From the NCBI GenBank assembly GCA_041687695.1, contig JAWLBL010000007.1:1-64000 (forward strand): a DNA stretch of 64,000 nt. Direction: 5' to 3'. Source of the DNA: Myxococcota bacterium. Lineage in GTDB: Bacteria; Myxococcota_A; UBA9042; PHBI01; JAWLBL01. Of this stretch, positions 46,643 to 56,151 are shown in pieces (positions within the stretch are counted from its first letter, which is position 1; the number at the start of each line of letters is the position of its first letter). Both the position numbers and the translations under genes were made by a program. The notes beneath the pieces were generated by a model, which searched no databases, was not told the origin of the DNA, and saw nothing but the letters and a program-made list of their open reading frames with translations.

Positions 46643-47197
46643 TCAGGCCGGCCGGGGCGGCGCGACCACGCGGGTGAGCGGGCCGGCGTGCTCGAGCGTG
46701 AAGAAGGACGGGGTGCCGACGGTGAAGCCCCAGTCGAGGTAGGTCCAGCCGAGCAGGAGGGTGGGATCGCCCGGGGTGACGGCGACCAGCGGGTCGCGGC
46801 CCCGGTTGAGGGGGTCGAGCCGCGCGTTGCCGCCGAGGCCGTAGTGGATGAGCAGGCCGGGTGTCGGGAAGGGCAGGCGGTGGCCTTCGGGCGGGACGAC
46901 GCGGTAGTGGCCGAAGGTGACGGGGACGTCGCGCCGGGTCCGGGGCGTGTCGGGCGCGTCGAGGCCGTCCTGGACCAGGCGGACGTTCCAGCCGCGCAGG
47001 TGCCCGGTCCGTGGGTCGCGGTGGAAGGTCTTGCGGAACTTCTTCCAGGTCAGGCGCTCGAGGAGGCGGCCGAGCCCCAGGCTGGTGCCGCGGTACTCGG
47101 TGTCGTCGAGCGCGGCGGGGTCCACCGGGTGGCCGGCGCGCAGGACCTGCATCAGCTCCTTGCGGGTCATGGCGTGGAGCTCGGCGGCGGTGGGCAT
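46643..47197 (-). CDS. Hypothetical protein (~184 aa)
   Basis: AGGAG RBS and ATG; globular-looking sequence (WKKFRKTF, GWNVRL, FGHY); downstream of the ABC pair on the same strand. Confidence 0.75.
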   Translation of the reverse strand: MPTAAELHAMTRKELMQVLRAGHPVDPAALDDTEYRGTSLGLGRLLERLTWKKFRKTFHRDPRTGHLRGWNVRLVQDGLDAPDTPRTRRDVPVTFGHYRVVPPEGHRLPFPTPGLLIHYGLGGNARLDPLNRGRDPLVAVTPGDPTLLLGWTYLDWGFTVGTPSFFTLEHAGPLTRVVAPPRPA

Positions 47198-47287
47198 GGC
47201 GCGGGTCTCCTGGGGCGGGGCGCGCCGGGGCGCGCGATGGGGCCGGAGACGCGGATGTAACACGGTTCGGGGGCGGCGGCGACGCGC

Positions 47288-48136
47288 CTACTCGCGCAGC
47301 TTGCGGCCCGAGCGGAGCAGGAGCCAGGCGTAGCCCCACAGGGCCGCGTTGGAGGCGACGAGGATGAGGGCGCCGCTCCAGACCGGGACGTCCGAGTGGC
47401 CGACCATGCCGTGGCGCAGTCCGCTGACCATGTAGAGGATGGGGTTGAAGTGCGAGAGGGTGTCCCAGGGCGCCGGGAGCATGTCGATGGAGTAGAAGAC
47501 GCCGCCGAGGAAGGTGAGCGGGGTGATGAGGAAGCTGGGCAGCAGGTTGATGTGGTTGAAGTCGCGGGCGTGGATGGCGATGACGACCCCCAGGGTCGCG
47601 AACATCGTGGCGGTGAGCAGCATGAAGGCGACGGTCACGCCCAGGTGGGCCAGGGTCTGGGCGCCCATCAGGGCCGCGACGATCCAGATGATGACGCCGA
47701 CCAGCAGGGCTCGCAGGACCGAGGCGCCGACGTAGGCGAAGAGGATCTGGCCCGGGGTGAGCGGCGAGACCAGCACGTCGACGATGGTGCCCTGGATCTT
47801 GGTCAGAAAGAGCGAGAAGGCCGAGTTGATGAAGGCGTTGTTGATGACGCCCAGCATCACCAGCCCCGGGACGATGAAGCTGATGTAGGGCACGCCGTCG
47901 ATGGCGCGGAGCCGGTCGCCGAGCGAGTAGCCGAAGACCACGAAGTAGAGCAGGGTGGTGACGACCGGGCTGCCGATGGTCTGGGCGGCGGTGTTCCAGA
48001 AGCGGCGGACCTCCTTGCCGAACAGGGTCCAGACGCCGCCGAGGCGGGGCTCGCGGGCGCGCTCGAGCAGGGCGGCGACGCGGGCGCGGGCGGCGTCGGC
48101 CGGGCCGTGGAGGTCGGGCGGGGTGGCGGCGCTCAC
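47288..48136 (-). CDS. ABC-2 type transporter permease (YadH-like)
   Basis: KEVRRF, YISFIVPGL, PLTFLGGVFYS and NPILYMV; GTGA overlap with the ATPase. Confidence 0.92.
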   Translation of the reverse strand: MSAATPPDLHGPADAARARVAALLERAREPRLGGVWTLFGKEVRRFWNTAAQTIGSPVVTTLLYFVVFGYSLGDRLRAIDGVPYISFIVPGLVMLGVINNAFINSAFSLFLTKIQGTIVDVLVSPLTPGQILFAYVGASVLRALLVGVIIWIVAALMGAQTLAHLGVTVAFMLLTATMFATLGVVIAIHARDFNHINLLPSFLITPLTFLGGVFYSIDMLPAPWDTLSHFNPILYMVSGLRHGMVGHSDVPVWSGALILVASNAALWGYAWLLLRSGRKLRE

Positions 48137-49143
48137 GGAGGGCCTCCGCCGGTGACGCCGCGGGAGGGAGGGGCCTGGCGGTCCTCGGTGAAGACGAGGC
48201 GGCGGAAGACGGCCTCGAGGGAGGAGCGGTGGGCGTCGACGGAGGCGACGTCCAGGTCCAGGCCGCGCAGGGCGTCGAGGAGGCGCTGCACCGGGCTGGG
48301 GGCGGCGTCCGCGGCGCGGTCGGCCTCGGCGTCGCGGTAGACCAGGCGGACGCCCTCGCCGGCGAGCGGCTCGAGCTGCAGATCGGGCAGGCGGGCGAAC
48401 AGCTCGGGCGGCGGGGGGCGCGTCAGGCGCACGTCCACGGTCCGGCTGGCGTACTCGGCCATGAGCGCTTCGCGCCGGTCGACCCGCAGCAGGCGGCCGC
48501 CGTCGATGATGCCGACCCGGTCGGCGAGCATCTCGGCCTCCTCGATGTAGTGGGTCGTCAGGACGATGGTGGTGCCCAGCTCGCGCAGGCGCCGCACGTA
48601 GGCCCACAGCTCTTCGCGCAGGACGACGTCGACGCCGGCGGTCGGCTCGTCGAGGAAGAGCAGGGCCGGGTCGTGCACGAGCGCCTTGACGATGAGCAGG
48701 CGGCGCTTCATGCCGCCCGAGAGCCAGCGGGAGTTGGCGTCGGCCTTGCCGCTGAGATCGAAGGCGTCGAGCAGCTCGTCGACGCGCCGCTCGCTGGGGG
48801 GCTCGCCGTAGTAGCCGCCCTGGTAGCGGATGAGGTCGCGGACGGTGAAGAAGGCGTCGTAGTTGAGCTCTTGCGGCACGAGGCCGACCAGGCGACGGGT
48901 GACGCGGTAGTCGCGCACGACGTCGTAGCCGGCGACCGTGATGCGGCCCGAAAACCCCACCGTCAGCCCGGTCACGCAGCCGATGAGGGTCGTCTTGCCG
49001 GCGCCGTTGGGGCCGAGCAGGGCGAAGATCTCGCCGGGCTCGATGGCCAGGCTGACGTCGTCGACGGCGACGAGATCACCGTAACGCTTGGTGACCCCGT
49101 CGATGCGGACGAGGGGCTCACCAGGGGCTGGAGGGGCGCCCAT
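48133..49143 (-). CDS. ABC transporter ATP-binding protein (YadG-like)
   Basis: GPNGAGKTT, LSGGMKRR, LFLDEPTAGVD and TTHY. Confidence 0.95.
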   Translation of the reverse strand: MGAPPAPGEPLVRIDGVTKRYGDLVAVDDVSLAIEPGEIFALLGPNGAGKTTLIGCVTGLTVGFSGRITVAGYDVVRDYRVTRRLVGLVPQELNYDAFFTVRDLIRYQGGYYGEPPSERRVDELLDAFDLSGKADANSRWLSGGMKRRLLIVKALVHDPALLFLDEPTAGVDVVLREELWAYVRRLRELGTTIVLTTHYIEEAEMLADRVGIIDGGRLLRVDRREALMAEYASRTVDVRLTRPPPPELFARLPDLQLEPLAGEGVRLVYRDAEADRAADAAPSPVQRLLDALRGLDLDVASVDAHRSSLEAVFRRLVFTEDRQAPPSRGVTGGGPP

Positions 49144-49237
49144 CAAGGTCCTTTCGGTCGGCAGGCGGCGACAGACTACCGACCCGCGTCACCGACTGAC
49201 AAGGAGGCGCCCCCGTGCGCCCCTCCGAGCGCGCGCC

Positions 49238-50482
49238 TCAGCGGGTGAGGGTCATCGTGTCGAACACGCGGCCGGTGGCGTCGATGGCGCGCAGGGTGAG
49301 GCGGTCCCCCTCGATCTCGACGTGCACGAAGTGCAGCACCGACTCGGCGAAGGCCGTGAAGGACGACGCGCCGACGCTGCGGACGCCGTGGCCGCCGCCG
49401 CCCGTGACGATGGTGGTCAGCCCGTCGACGGCGTGCGTCCGCTCGTAGTGGTGGTCGTGGCCGGCGAGCACCAGCGGGACCTGGTGGGCGCGCAGGATGG
49501 GCGAGAACAGCCGCTGGAACTGTTCGTTGGAGCCGTGGCGGCCCGACGACAGCGGCGGGCGATGGGCGAAGACGACGACCCAGGGGAGGTCGTTGGCGGC
49601 GAGGTCGGCCTCGAGCCAGGCCGCCTGGGCCTCGCTCATGACCTCGGTGTCGAGGCCGACGAAGTGGACGTCGCCCCAGTCGAAGCTGTACCAGCGCTCC
49701 TCGCCGCCCTGCCCGCCGTTTTCGGGCAGGGCGAAGGCCTCGCGCAGCGGCGCGCCCTCGTCGGTCTCGTAGTCGTGGTTGCCGGCCACCGGGAACGTCG
49801 GGATGAAGCGGATGAGGTCCTGGTAGACCTCGAAGAAGCCGCGCTCGAGCTGCTTGGGCGTGCCGGAGCTGTAGGCCACGTCGCCGGTGACGAGCATCAG
49901 GTCGAAGGGCACGGTGTCGAGCTGGTTGCGGACCAGCCACTGCTCGTCGCCGCCGTCGCCCGAGTCGCCGAACGCGACGAAGCGCACGGGCTCGCCGGAC
50001 CCGGGCGGGGGGGCGGTGCGGAAGCCGGCCCGCTCCGTCAGGGCGGCCTTGCCGGCCTCGAGCTGGTAGCAGTAGGTCGCCCCCGGCTCCAGGCCCTCGA
50101 TCTCGGCCACGCGCTGGCCCGAGAAGTGCTTGGCCGGCTCGCCGACCGCGGCGACGGAGGCGACCGCCTCGCCTGCGGGCGTGGTCACGGAGACGCGCAC
50201 GGGCGTGTCGTCGGTGGTGGTCCACATGACGACGGCCGACGTGCCGGTGGTCCGCTGCACATAGGGCTGGCGGACCAGGGCCGGGGCCCCGGCGAGGGTG
50301 GGGGCGCCGTCGCCGCAGGCCGCGACCTGCGCCGCGTCGGGGCGCTCGCGCAGCCCGAGCCCGGCGGACAGATCCCCGGTCTTCGAGGCGCTCACGGAGG
50401 AGGGCGTCACGCACCCGGACAGCGTGGAGAGGGCAGCCACCGCGCCTACGGTGGCCGCTACGATCGAGCGAGCCTGCAGCAT
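49238..50482 (-). CDS. Purple-acid-phosphatase-like metallophosphoesterase lipoprotein with an N-terminal Fn3-like domain
   Basis: Lipobox LSG-C; GDSG, GDVAY, GNHD, HRP and GHDH metal-binding motifs. Confidence 0.92.
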   Translation of the reverse strand: MLQARSIVAATVGAVAALSTLSGCVTPSSVSASKTGDLSAGLGLRERPDAAQVAACGDGAPTLAGAPALVRQPYVQRTTGTSAVVMWTTTDDTPVRVSVTTPAGEAVASVAAVGEPAKHFSGQRVAEIEGLEPGATYCYQLEAGKAALTERAGFRTAPPPGSGEPVRFVAFGDSGDGGDEQWLVRNQLDTVPFDLMLVTGDVAYSSGTPKQLERGFFEVYQDLIRFIPTFPVAGNHDYETDEGAPLREAFALPENGGQGGEERWYSFDWGDVHFVGLDTEVMSEAQAAWLEADLAANDLPWVVVFAHRPPLSSGRHGSNEQFQRLFSPILRAHQVPLVLAGHDHHYERTHAVDGLTTIVTGGGGHGVRSVGASSFTAFAESVLHFVHVEIEGDRLTLRAIDATGRVFDTMTLTR

Positions 50483-50751
50483 CCCATTCCCCGACGAGCG
50501 GTCGCGCCGCTCGGAAGTCGGCCGGCCGGTATGCCGGACGCGGTCGCAACCCCCTGGAAAGAGTTGGGATTCCGAAGGCGCGCGTTCAGGCCGCGCGGTG
50601 GGATGCCCGCCAGCGGGGCGTTCGGCAGGCTCTGGACGGGCCTGGATGAGGCCGAAGTGGGGCGAGGGCGACCCGGGATGCGGACCGGCCGAGTCGGCGC
50701 GGGTGGGCGCCGCCTCGGCACGTCGGGGGCGATGCAGGAGGGCCGGCGGGT

Positions 50752-51471
50752 CTATTCGAGCATGCTGGTGAGGGTCGGCGAGGGCGTCCAGGAGCGGATG
50801 ACGAGGTCGCCGTCCGCCTGGCGGTCCATGATGAGCCACAGGCGCTGGCCGTAGGCGTCGTTCGGGGTCATGAACGAGAAGCCGACGGCGATCCGCTGCA
50901 CCGGCTCGAGCCAGGCCGTCCCGAGCAGATCGATCTGCACGTCGGCGTCGCTGGCGAGGATCTTGAGCTCCTCGATGGCGTTGAGCGCCTCTGGGGTGGC
51001 CGCCGTGGCGGCCTGCCAGGCCTGCATGTCGTCGCCTCGCAGGGCCTCGACCATGCGGCTGCCCCAGGCGCGTCCCTCCGGGCTCTCGGGCAGGTCCTCG
51101 AAGCGCGCGACGGCCGGCAGGGTCCCGTCGAGGAAGCCGGCCTTGTGCGCCTCGGACTTGGTCGGCCCCTCGATGTGCCAGCCCTCGTCGAAGTAGCGCA
51201 TGAGGAGCCAGAGCTTGCCGACCGAGCCCTCGTAACCTTCGGCGAAGACCGAGGCGTGCAGGGCGGCGCGGCCGTCGCGCTGCTCGGGCGCCTCGCCGTC
51301 CTCGAGGCGCAGCTTCTTTCGGACCGCCTGGTCGAACAGGCGTCGCGCGGTGTCGCCTTCGGTGGACCAGCCCTTCTCGGTGCAGATCGCGCGCGCCTGC
51401 TGCTCGTCGCTGCTGTCGATGGCCTGGGTGAACGCGCGGAGCGCGTCGCGAGGGGTCTGTGCCGGCTGCAT
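50752..51471 (-). CDS. Hypothetical protein with a two-fold internal repeat (possibly tandem NTF2-like domains)
   Basis: GGAGG RBS; halves end GKLWLLMRY..EGWHI and QRLWLIMDR..GDLVI. Confidence 0.75.
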   Translation of the reverse strand: MQPAQTPRDALRAFTQAIDSSDEQQARAICTEKGWSTEGDTARRLFDQAVRKKLRLEDGEAPEQRDGRAALHASVFAEGYEGSVGKLWLLMRYFDEGWHIEGPTKSEAHKAGFLDGTLPAVARFEDLPESPEGRAWGSRMVEALRGDDMQAWQAATAATPEALNAIEELKILASDADVQIDLLGTAWLEPVQRIAVGFSFMTPNDAYGQRLWLIMDRQADGDLVIRSWTPSPTLTSMLE

Positions 51472-51781
51472 GGAACCTCCAGATGCGGATGCGATGGGCC
51501 ACGGCGGCCAGCGGACGTCGGACGGGATGCGGACGCGCGCGTGCTCGACGCGGGGGGACGGTGAAGGGGAGGGAGACGCGGCACAGGCTACTCGAAACCG
51601 GAGCTACGTCGAAGGGGCCGCCCCCTTGCGCCGGGCCCGGCCCGGGCCTGGGGAACAAAGGGGCAGCCGGGATCCTCGGTGTCACGAGACGATGCGGGCG
51701 TGTCTCAGCGCGGGCGTGACAGGTGTCGCATTGTGTGACGAGCGCCATGCCGCTACGCCGTCTGCCGCTTGGCGGGACGTG

Positions 51782-51797
51782 TGGCCCGCGGTTTGCA
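51782..51797 (+). promoter_or_regulatory. Sigma54-type promoter with a candidate upstream activator palindrome (51724-51740)
   Basis: TGGCCCGCGGTTTGCA fits GG-N10-GC; upstream imperfect inverted repeat TGTCGCATTGTGTGACG. Confidence 0.65.
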
Positions 51798-51888
51798 GTG
51801 ACCCTCGAGCACCGCTACCGCCGAACGTCGCCGGTCCTTCGTCTGGCTGGACCAACGGGGGCGTCCCACGACATCGAGGAGACAGACG

Positions 51889-52155
51889 ATGCAAGAGGCC
51901 AACGACTCGCTCCGCCCGATCAGCACCCCCGGCCGCCGCCCCGCGGCCCCGCCGCCCCCGAAGGCGCCCGAGTGGCTGCGCGTGCGCGCCCGAGCGGAGG
52001 CCTCGGCCGTCAAGGCGCGGCCGCTGCCGCCGCCGATGCCCCACGGAAAGCGCGGCCAGCTCAAGCGCTCGGGCGACAGCGCCATCCTGCTCGGCACCCT
52101 GGACGTGGTGGACCAGATCCCGCTCGAACCGACCGCGCCGTCCGAGCTGCGCTGA
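51889..52155 (+). CDS. Small Pro-rich hypothetical protein (88 aa)
   Basis: GAGGAG RBS and ATG, with a sigma54-type promoter ~90 bp upstream. Confidence 0.6.
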   Translation: MQEANDSLRPISTPGRRPAAPPPPKAPEWLRVRARAEASAVKARPLPPPMPHGKRGQLKRSGDSAILLGTLDVVDQIPLEPTAPSELR

Positions 52156-52157
52156 GC

Positions 52158-52320
52158 CGGCCTCGGCCCCGGCCACGGCCCCGGCCACGGGTCGCGGCCA
52201 CGGTCCACGGCCCCGGCCTCAGCCCACGGCCACGGTCCCGGCCCCGGCCACGGTCCCGGCCCCGGCCCCGGCCCGGCCCCGGCCCCGGCCCCGGCCACGG
52301 TCCCGGGCCTCGGCTCCAGC
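52158..52320. repeat. Hexamer microsatellite (GGCCAC/GGCCCC/GGTCCC)n
   Basis: Starts right after the stop at 52155; same family as 510-760. Confidence 0.85.
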
Positions 52321-52406
52321 CCCCCTCCCGGCCGGCGGCCGCGGCCGGGAAGGGATCGCCGGCGGGCGTGTTGTGACCCTCTCGAAGCCAACCACGAGAG
52401 GACCCG

Positions 52407-52670
52407 ATGCGTCTGCCGAGCTGCCAGGATCTGTCCCGTCGCGTGCCCCGCTGGGCTCGCTTGCCGCTAGGTCTCGCCCTCATCGCGGGCGGTGCCCTGG
52501 GCTTCCTCCCCGTGCTCGGGTTCTGGATGGTGCCGCTGGGCGTCGTGGTGATGGCGCCCGACTCGCCCTTCGTGGCGCAGCGCTGGGAGCGCTTCCGCGG
52601 CTGGGTCCACGGCCGGCTCGACCGCCGGGCCGAGGCGCGCGCCCGCAAGCCGGCGGCCCAGGCAGGCTGA
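52407..52670 (+). CDS. Small membrane-hairpin protein (PGPGW-like)
   Basis: GAGAGGA RBS; LGLALIAGGALGFLPVLGFWMVPLGVVVMA followed by a basic tail. Confidence 0.7.
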   Translation: MRLPSCQDLSRRVPRWARLPLGLALIAGGALGFLPVLGFWMVPLGVVVMAPDSPFVAQRWERFRGWVHGRLDRRAEARARKPAAQAG

Positions 52671-52779
52671 GCCCGCGACGTTCAGCCCTTCCGCCGGCCT
52701 CTTGCCACGGGTACGGTGCCGCTCGCGCCCTCCAGGCGATCGCGCTGGGGGGCTCCGAGCCAAGGGACGGGAGGCCAAC

Positions 52780-53136
52780 GTGAAGGCCACGAGCGAGTTC
52801 GTCACCTGGATCGTCGACCAGCTCGAGCCCCTCGGGGCCGTGCGCGCCCGCGCCATGTTCGGCGGATACGGCGTGTACCGCGCGGACCTGATGTTCGCGC
52901 TGGTGGCCGGCGACGTGCTGTACTTGAAGGCCGACGAGGCCTCCAGCGGCGCCTTCGAGGCGCGCGGGACCGGGCCGTTCGTCTACTCGGGCAAGAAGGA
53001 CGGCCGGCCCGTGCGGATGTCCTACTGGGAGGTCCCGAGCGACGTGCTCGAGGACGCCGAGGCGCTGGTGGCCTGGGCCCGGGTGGCCATCGGGGTCGCC
53101 GAGCGGTCGCGCAAGCCGGCGCGCAACAAGGCCTGA
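52780..53136 (+). CDS. TfoX/Sxy N-terminal domain protein
   Basis: GGAGG RBS and GTG; RAMFGGYGVY, MFALV, LYLK, PFVY and MSYW. Confidence 0.9.
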   Translation: MKATSEFVTWIVDQLEPLGAVRARAMFGGYGVYRADLMFALVAGDVLYLKADEASSGAFEARGTGPFVYSGKKDGRPVRMSYWEVPSDVLEDAEALVAWARVAIGVAERSRKPARNKA

Positions 53137-53158
53137 GGCCGGCGCCGCCCGGGCCGGC

Positions 53159-53905
53159 TCAGCACCAGCGGCGGGTCGCGTCGATGGCGTGGGCGAGGGC
53201 GGCGCGCAGCTCGGCGAAGCTGCGGGCCTGGGCGTGGGCCCGGGTGGGTCGCTCGGCCGCGCCGGGGACGAAGCCGTCGAAGCGGATGGCGAAGGCGCCG
53301 ATGCCGAGGGCGCCGGCGACGTCGGCCGACTCGGAGTCGCCGACGTGGACCATGCGGTCGGCGGCGACGCCCAGCGAGCGGGCCGCGTCGTTGAAGATGC
53401 GGGCGTCGGGCTTGGCGTAGCCGAGGACGCCCGAGTCGAGGATGGCGCCGAAATAGCGGGCCAGGTCGACCTCCTCGAGCAGCTCGCGGACGCGGCCCTC
53501 GCTGTTGGAGGTGATGACCATGGGCACCCCGGCCGCGGCGAGGTCGTCGAGCAGGGCGCGCGCCTCGGGGGGCACCCAGCGCCAGAGGTTGCGGTCCGGC
53601 TGCGCCCGCCACAGCGCCTCGACCACGTCGGCGTCCCGCGTCCGGTCCTCGGGGGCGCCGAACGCCGCCGCGACCAGGACCCCCATCAGGGCGCGCCAGC
53701 CCGCCTCGTGCCCGTGGCCGAGGGCGACGACGCGGTCGTGCTCGCGATAGGCGGCCGGCATGGCCGCGCGGACGGCGGCGACGTCGGGGGCGCGATCGCC
53801 GGCAGCGTGGGGGCGCAGCCGCGCGGCGAGCTCGTCGAGGTCGAGGCCGCCCAGGACGTGGCCGTAGTCGAAGGAGATGGCGTGGACGGCACCGCGAGGG
53901 ATCAA
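53159..53905 (-). CDS. HAD-superfamily hydrolase; start uncertain
   Basis: ISFDYGHVL (motif I variant), TSN, KPDARIF and HVGDSESADV. Confidence 0.88.
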   Translation of the reverse strand: MIPRGAVHAISFDYGHVLGGLDLDELAARLRPHAAGDRAPDVAAVRAAMPAAYREHDRVVALGHGHEAGWRALMGVLVAAAFGAPEDRTRDADVVEALWRAQPDRNLWRWVPPEARALLDDLAAAGVPMVITSNSEGRVRELLEEVDLARYFGAILDSGVLGYAKPDARIFNDAARSLGVAADRMVHVGDSESADVAGALGIGAFAIRFDGFVPGAAERPTRAHAQARSFAELRAALAHAIDATRRWC

Positions 53906-54011
53906 GGCAGCTCCAGGGCGGCGAGGCCGAGCGTGAGGCGCGACGGCCGGTAGGTCATAGCCGAGGTCAGCGGGGGCGCCAAGCCTTCAGGACGGCGACG
54001 ATCGGGCCGGC

Positions 54012-54300
54012 GAGCGCCGTCAGGGGCTCCGTTCATCGAAGAATCTCGGTGGCGGGCGCCGTCGGGGGCTCTCTTCGTCGAAGAATCGTCGCGACGAGCG
54101 TCGTCAGGGACTTTCTTCGTCGAAGAATCGTGGCGACGAGCGTCGTCAGGGACTTTCTTCATCGAAGAATCGTCGCGACGAGCGTCGTCAGGGACTTTCT
54201 TCGTCGAAGAATCGTGGCGACGAGCATCGTCAGGGACTTTCTCATCGAACAGTCGTGGCGACGAGCGTCGTCAGGGGCTCTCTTCGTCGAAGCGTCGAGG
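54012..54300. repeat. Tandem array of ~7 x 42-bp palindrome-rich units
   Basis: TCTTCGTCGAAGAATCGTSGCGACGAGCGTCGTCAGGGACTT at 54072, 54114, 54156, 54198, 54240 (1-bp deletion) and 54281 (partial), with a degenerate copy at ~54030. Confidence 0.92.
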
Positions 54301-54343
54301 CGGCGGGACTCGTCGCGGGCGCTCGCGAGGGTGATCGCGTTGT

Positions 54344-54482
54344 AGTTCGGGCCACCGGACTGCACGAGCTCGCTCGTGCTCCGGCATGGCGCAGCTCGCT
54401 GCGCCCGGGAGGCTACAGTCCCATGTCTCCCCGCGCAGCTAGCTGCGCGGGCCCTCGAGCCCGAGCAAGCTCGGGCTGGCCG
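54344..54482. repeat. Second inverted pair of the multi-hairpin element (copy 3 on -, 54344-54405; copy 4 on +, 54430-54482)
   Basis: The reverse complement of copy 3 shares 32 identical nt (GCCGGAGCACGAGCGAGCTCGTGCAGTCCGGT) with copy 1 at 26454-26485. Confidence 0.85.
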
Positions 54483-54664
54483 ACACGCCCGTAGCTGGAA
54501 CTCGATAGCCCTGGGCGCGCCCGGACGCTGGCTTGTCGGCGGGCGGCCGCTGGGTCAAGCTGCGCTCGCCTCGGCGCAGGCCGTGGCGACCTGGGGACCC
54601 TCCGATTGGGCAGGACTTGACGACACGACCCGGCGACCGGTGGAGGCCGTGGAGGGCCCCGGCG

Positions 54665-56089
54665 ATGGCCGCGCTCGTAGCGCTCGCGTTCTTCGCGGTG
54701 GGCCTCGGGGGCGGCAGCCACTTCGACTCGGACGACGCGCTGTACACGCAGATGGCGCGCGAGATGGTGGGCAGCGGCGATCTCGTCGACAACCGCTGGA
54801 GCGGCGCGGTCCTGTTCGAGAAGCCGCCCCTGCTCCTCTGGTCGCTCGCCGCCTCGGGGGCGGCCTTCGGCTGGGGCGAGGCGGCCATGCGGCTCCCGCT
54901 GGCGCTGTTCGCGGCGATGGCGCTGGCCGGCCTGGTCGTCCTCGCGCGGGGGCTCGGGTGCTCGGACCGCCGGGCGCTGCTGGCCGCGGGCCTGCTCGGC
55001 GGGTCGTTCCTGTTCGTGCTGATGGCGCGGCGGCCCATGACCGACCTTCCGCTGCTGGCCACCAGCCTGTGCGCGGCCGCGGCCGCCGTGAACCGGCGCT
55101 GGGCGCTGGCCGGCGCGCTGGCCGGGCTGGCGCTGCTCGCCAAGGGGCCGGCCGCGGCGCCGCTGCTCGCCGCCCCGCTGGCCTGGGTGGCGCTGCGGCG
55201 CGCGGTGTCCTGGCGTGCGCTGGGGCTGGCCGCCGTCGCCGGGCTCGCCGTCGCGGGGCCCTGGTACCTGGCGGTCACGGTGCGCCACGGGGCCGAGCCC
55301 TGGCAGACCTGGTTCGGCTATCACGTCGCCTCGCGCGCCAGCGGCGCCCTCGTGCCGGGGCTCGACTGGGCCGAGGCCCTGGCGCTGCTCACCGAGGAGC
55401 GCCTGCTGCTCGCGGGCGCCCTCGCCGGCCTCGGCCTGCACGCCTGGCGCCGCACCGAGCCGACCCTGGTCGGGTTCGCCCTGCTGTGGGCCCTGTGCGC
55501 CCTGGCGCCGGTGCTCGCCAGCGAGACGCGCCTCGCGCACTACCTGCTGCCCGTCACGCCGGCGCTGGCGCTGCTGGCCGTCGCCGCCGTGCCGGAGCGG
55601 CTGATGACGCACCGGCTGGCGCCCGCGCTGGCGACGCTGGCGGTCGTGACCGCCCTGCTGGCCCACCCGGCCAAGCTGTCCTTCTGGTTGGGGCCCGACT
55701 TCGGCCCCGCGCCGGCCACCCTGGGCCGAGCGATCGCACGCGCGGCCGGTCCCGGCGACCGGGTCGTCGCCTTCAACACCACGACGGCGTCGCTGACCTT
55801 CTATGGTGGCGTCCCGGTCTGGCTGCAAGGGGACGACGCGCGCTTCATGGCCATCCAGCGCGGCATCGACATGAACCGCCGCGCCGGCCTGCTGCGCGGC
55901 CCCGAGGACGGGCCGCTGCCGGCGCTGTCCGAGGGCCAGCGCCGGTTCGTGGTCGCCCGCGTGCAGCCCGATCTGCCCCGGGTCCTGGGCGCGCTGCGGG
56001 GCGAGGCGCCGACGCGACCGCTGTGGGTGCTGCGCGCCGGCGAGCTGGCGCTGGCGAACGACGCGGGGCTGGGCGAGCCGGTCCCGTGA
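54665..56089 (+). CDS. ArnT/PMT-like (GT-C) membrane glycosyltransferase; alternative TTG start at 54617
   Basis: DSDDALY..MAREM..SGD, FEKPPL, MRLP, AKGP and GPWY; many TM helices. Confidence 0.88.
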   Translation: MAALVALAFFAVGLGGGSHFDSDDALYTQMAREMVGSGDLVDNRWSGAVLFEKPPLLLWSLAASGAAFGWGEAAMRLPLALFAAMALAGLVVLARGLGCSDRRALLAAGLLGGSFLFVLMARRPMTDLPLLATSLCAAAAAVNRRWALAGALAGLALLAKGPAAAPLLAAPLAWVALRRAVSWRALGLAAVAGLAVAGPWYLAVTVRHGAEPWQTWFGYHVASRASGALVPGLDWAEALALLTEERLLLAGALAGLGLHAWRRTEPTLVGFALLWALCALAPVLASETRLAHYLLPVTPALALLAVAAVPERLMTHRLAPALATLAVVTALLAHPAKLSFWLGPDFGPAPATLGRAIARAAGPGDRVVAFNTTTASLTFYGGVPVWLQGDDARFMAIQRGIDMNRRAGLLRGPEDGPLPALSEGQRRFVVARVQPDLPRVLGALRGEAPTRPLWVLRAGELALANDAGLGEPVP

Positions 56090-56151
56090 AGGACCGGGGC
56101 GGGGACAGCGGGCCGCGGGGTCGTTAGCCTGCACGGGCACGTGGAGGGCCC

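Noticed and set aside
54012..54300. CRISPR array
   Set aside because: Units are contiguous with no unique spacers, and there are no cas genes in the window.
53902..54365. Two short ORFs or a frameshifted repeat gene (DSSTKKVPDDARR)
   Set aside because: They arise from the 42-bp array and show no clear RBS or domain; a pseudogene cannot be fully excluded.
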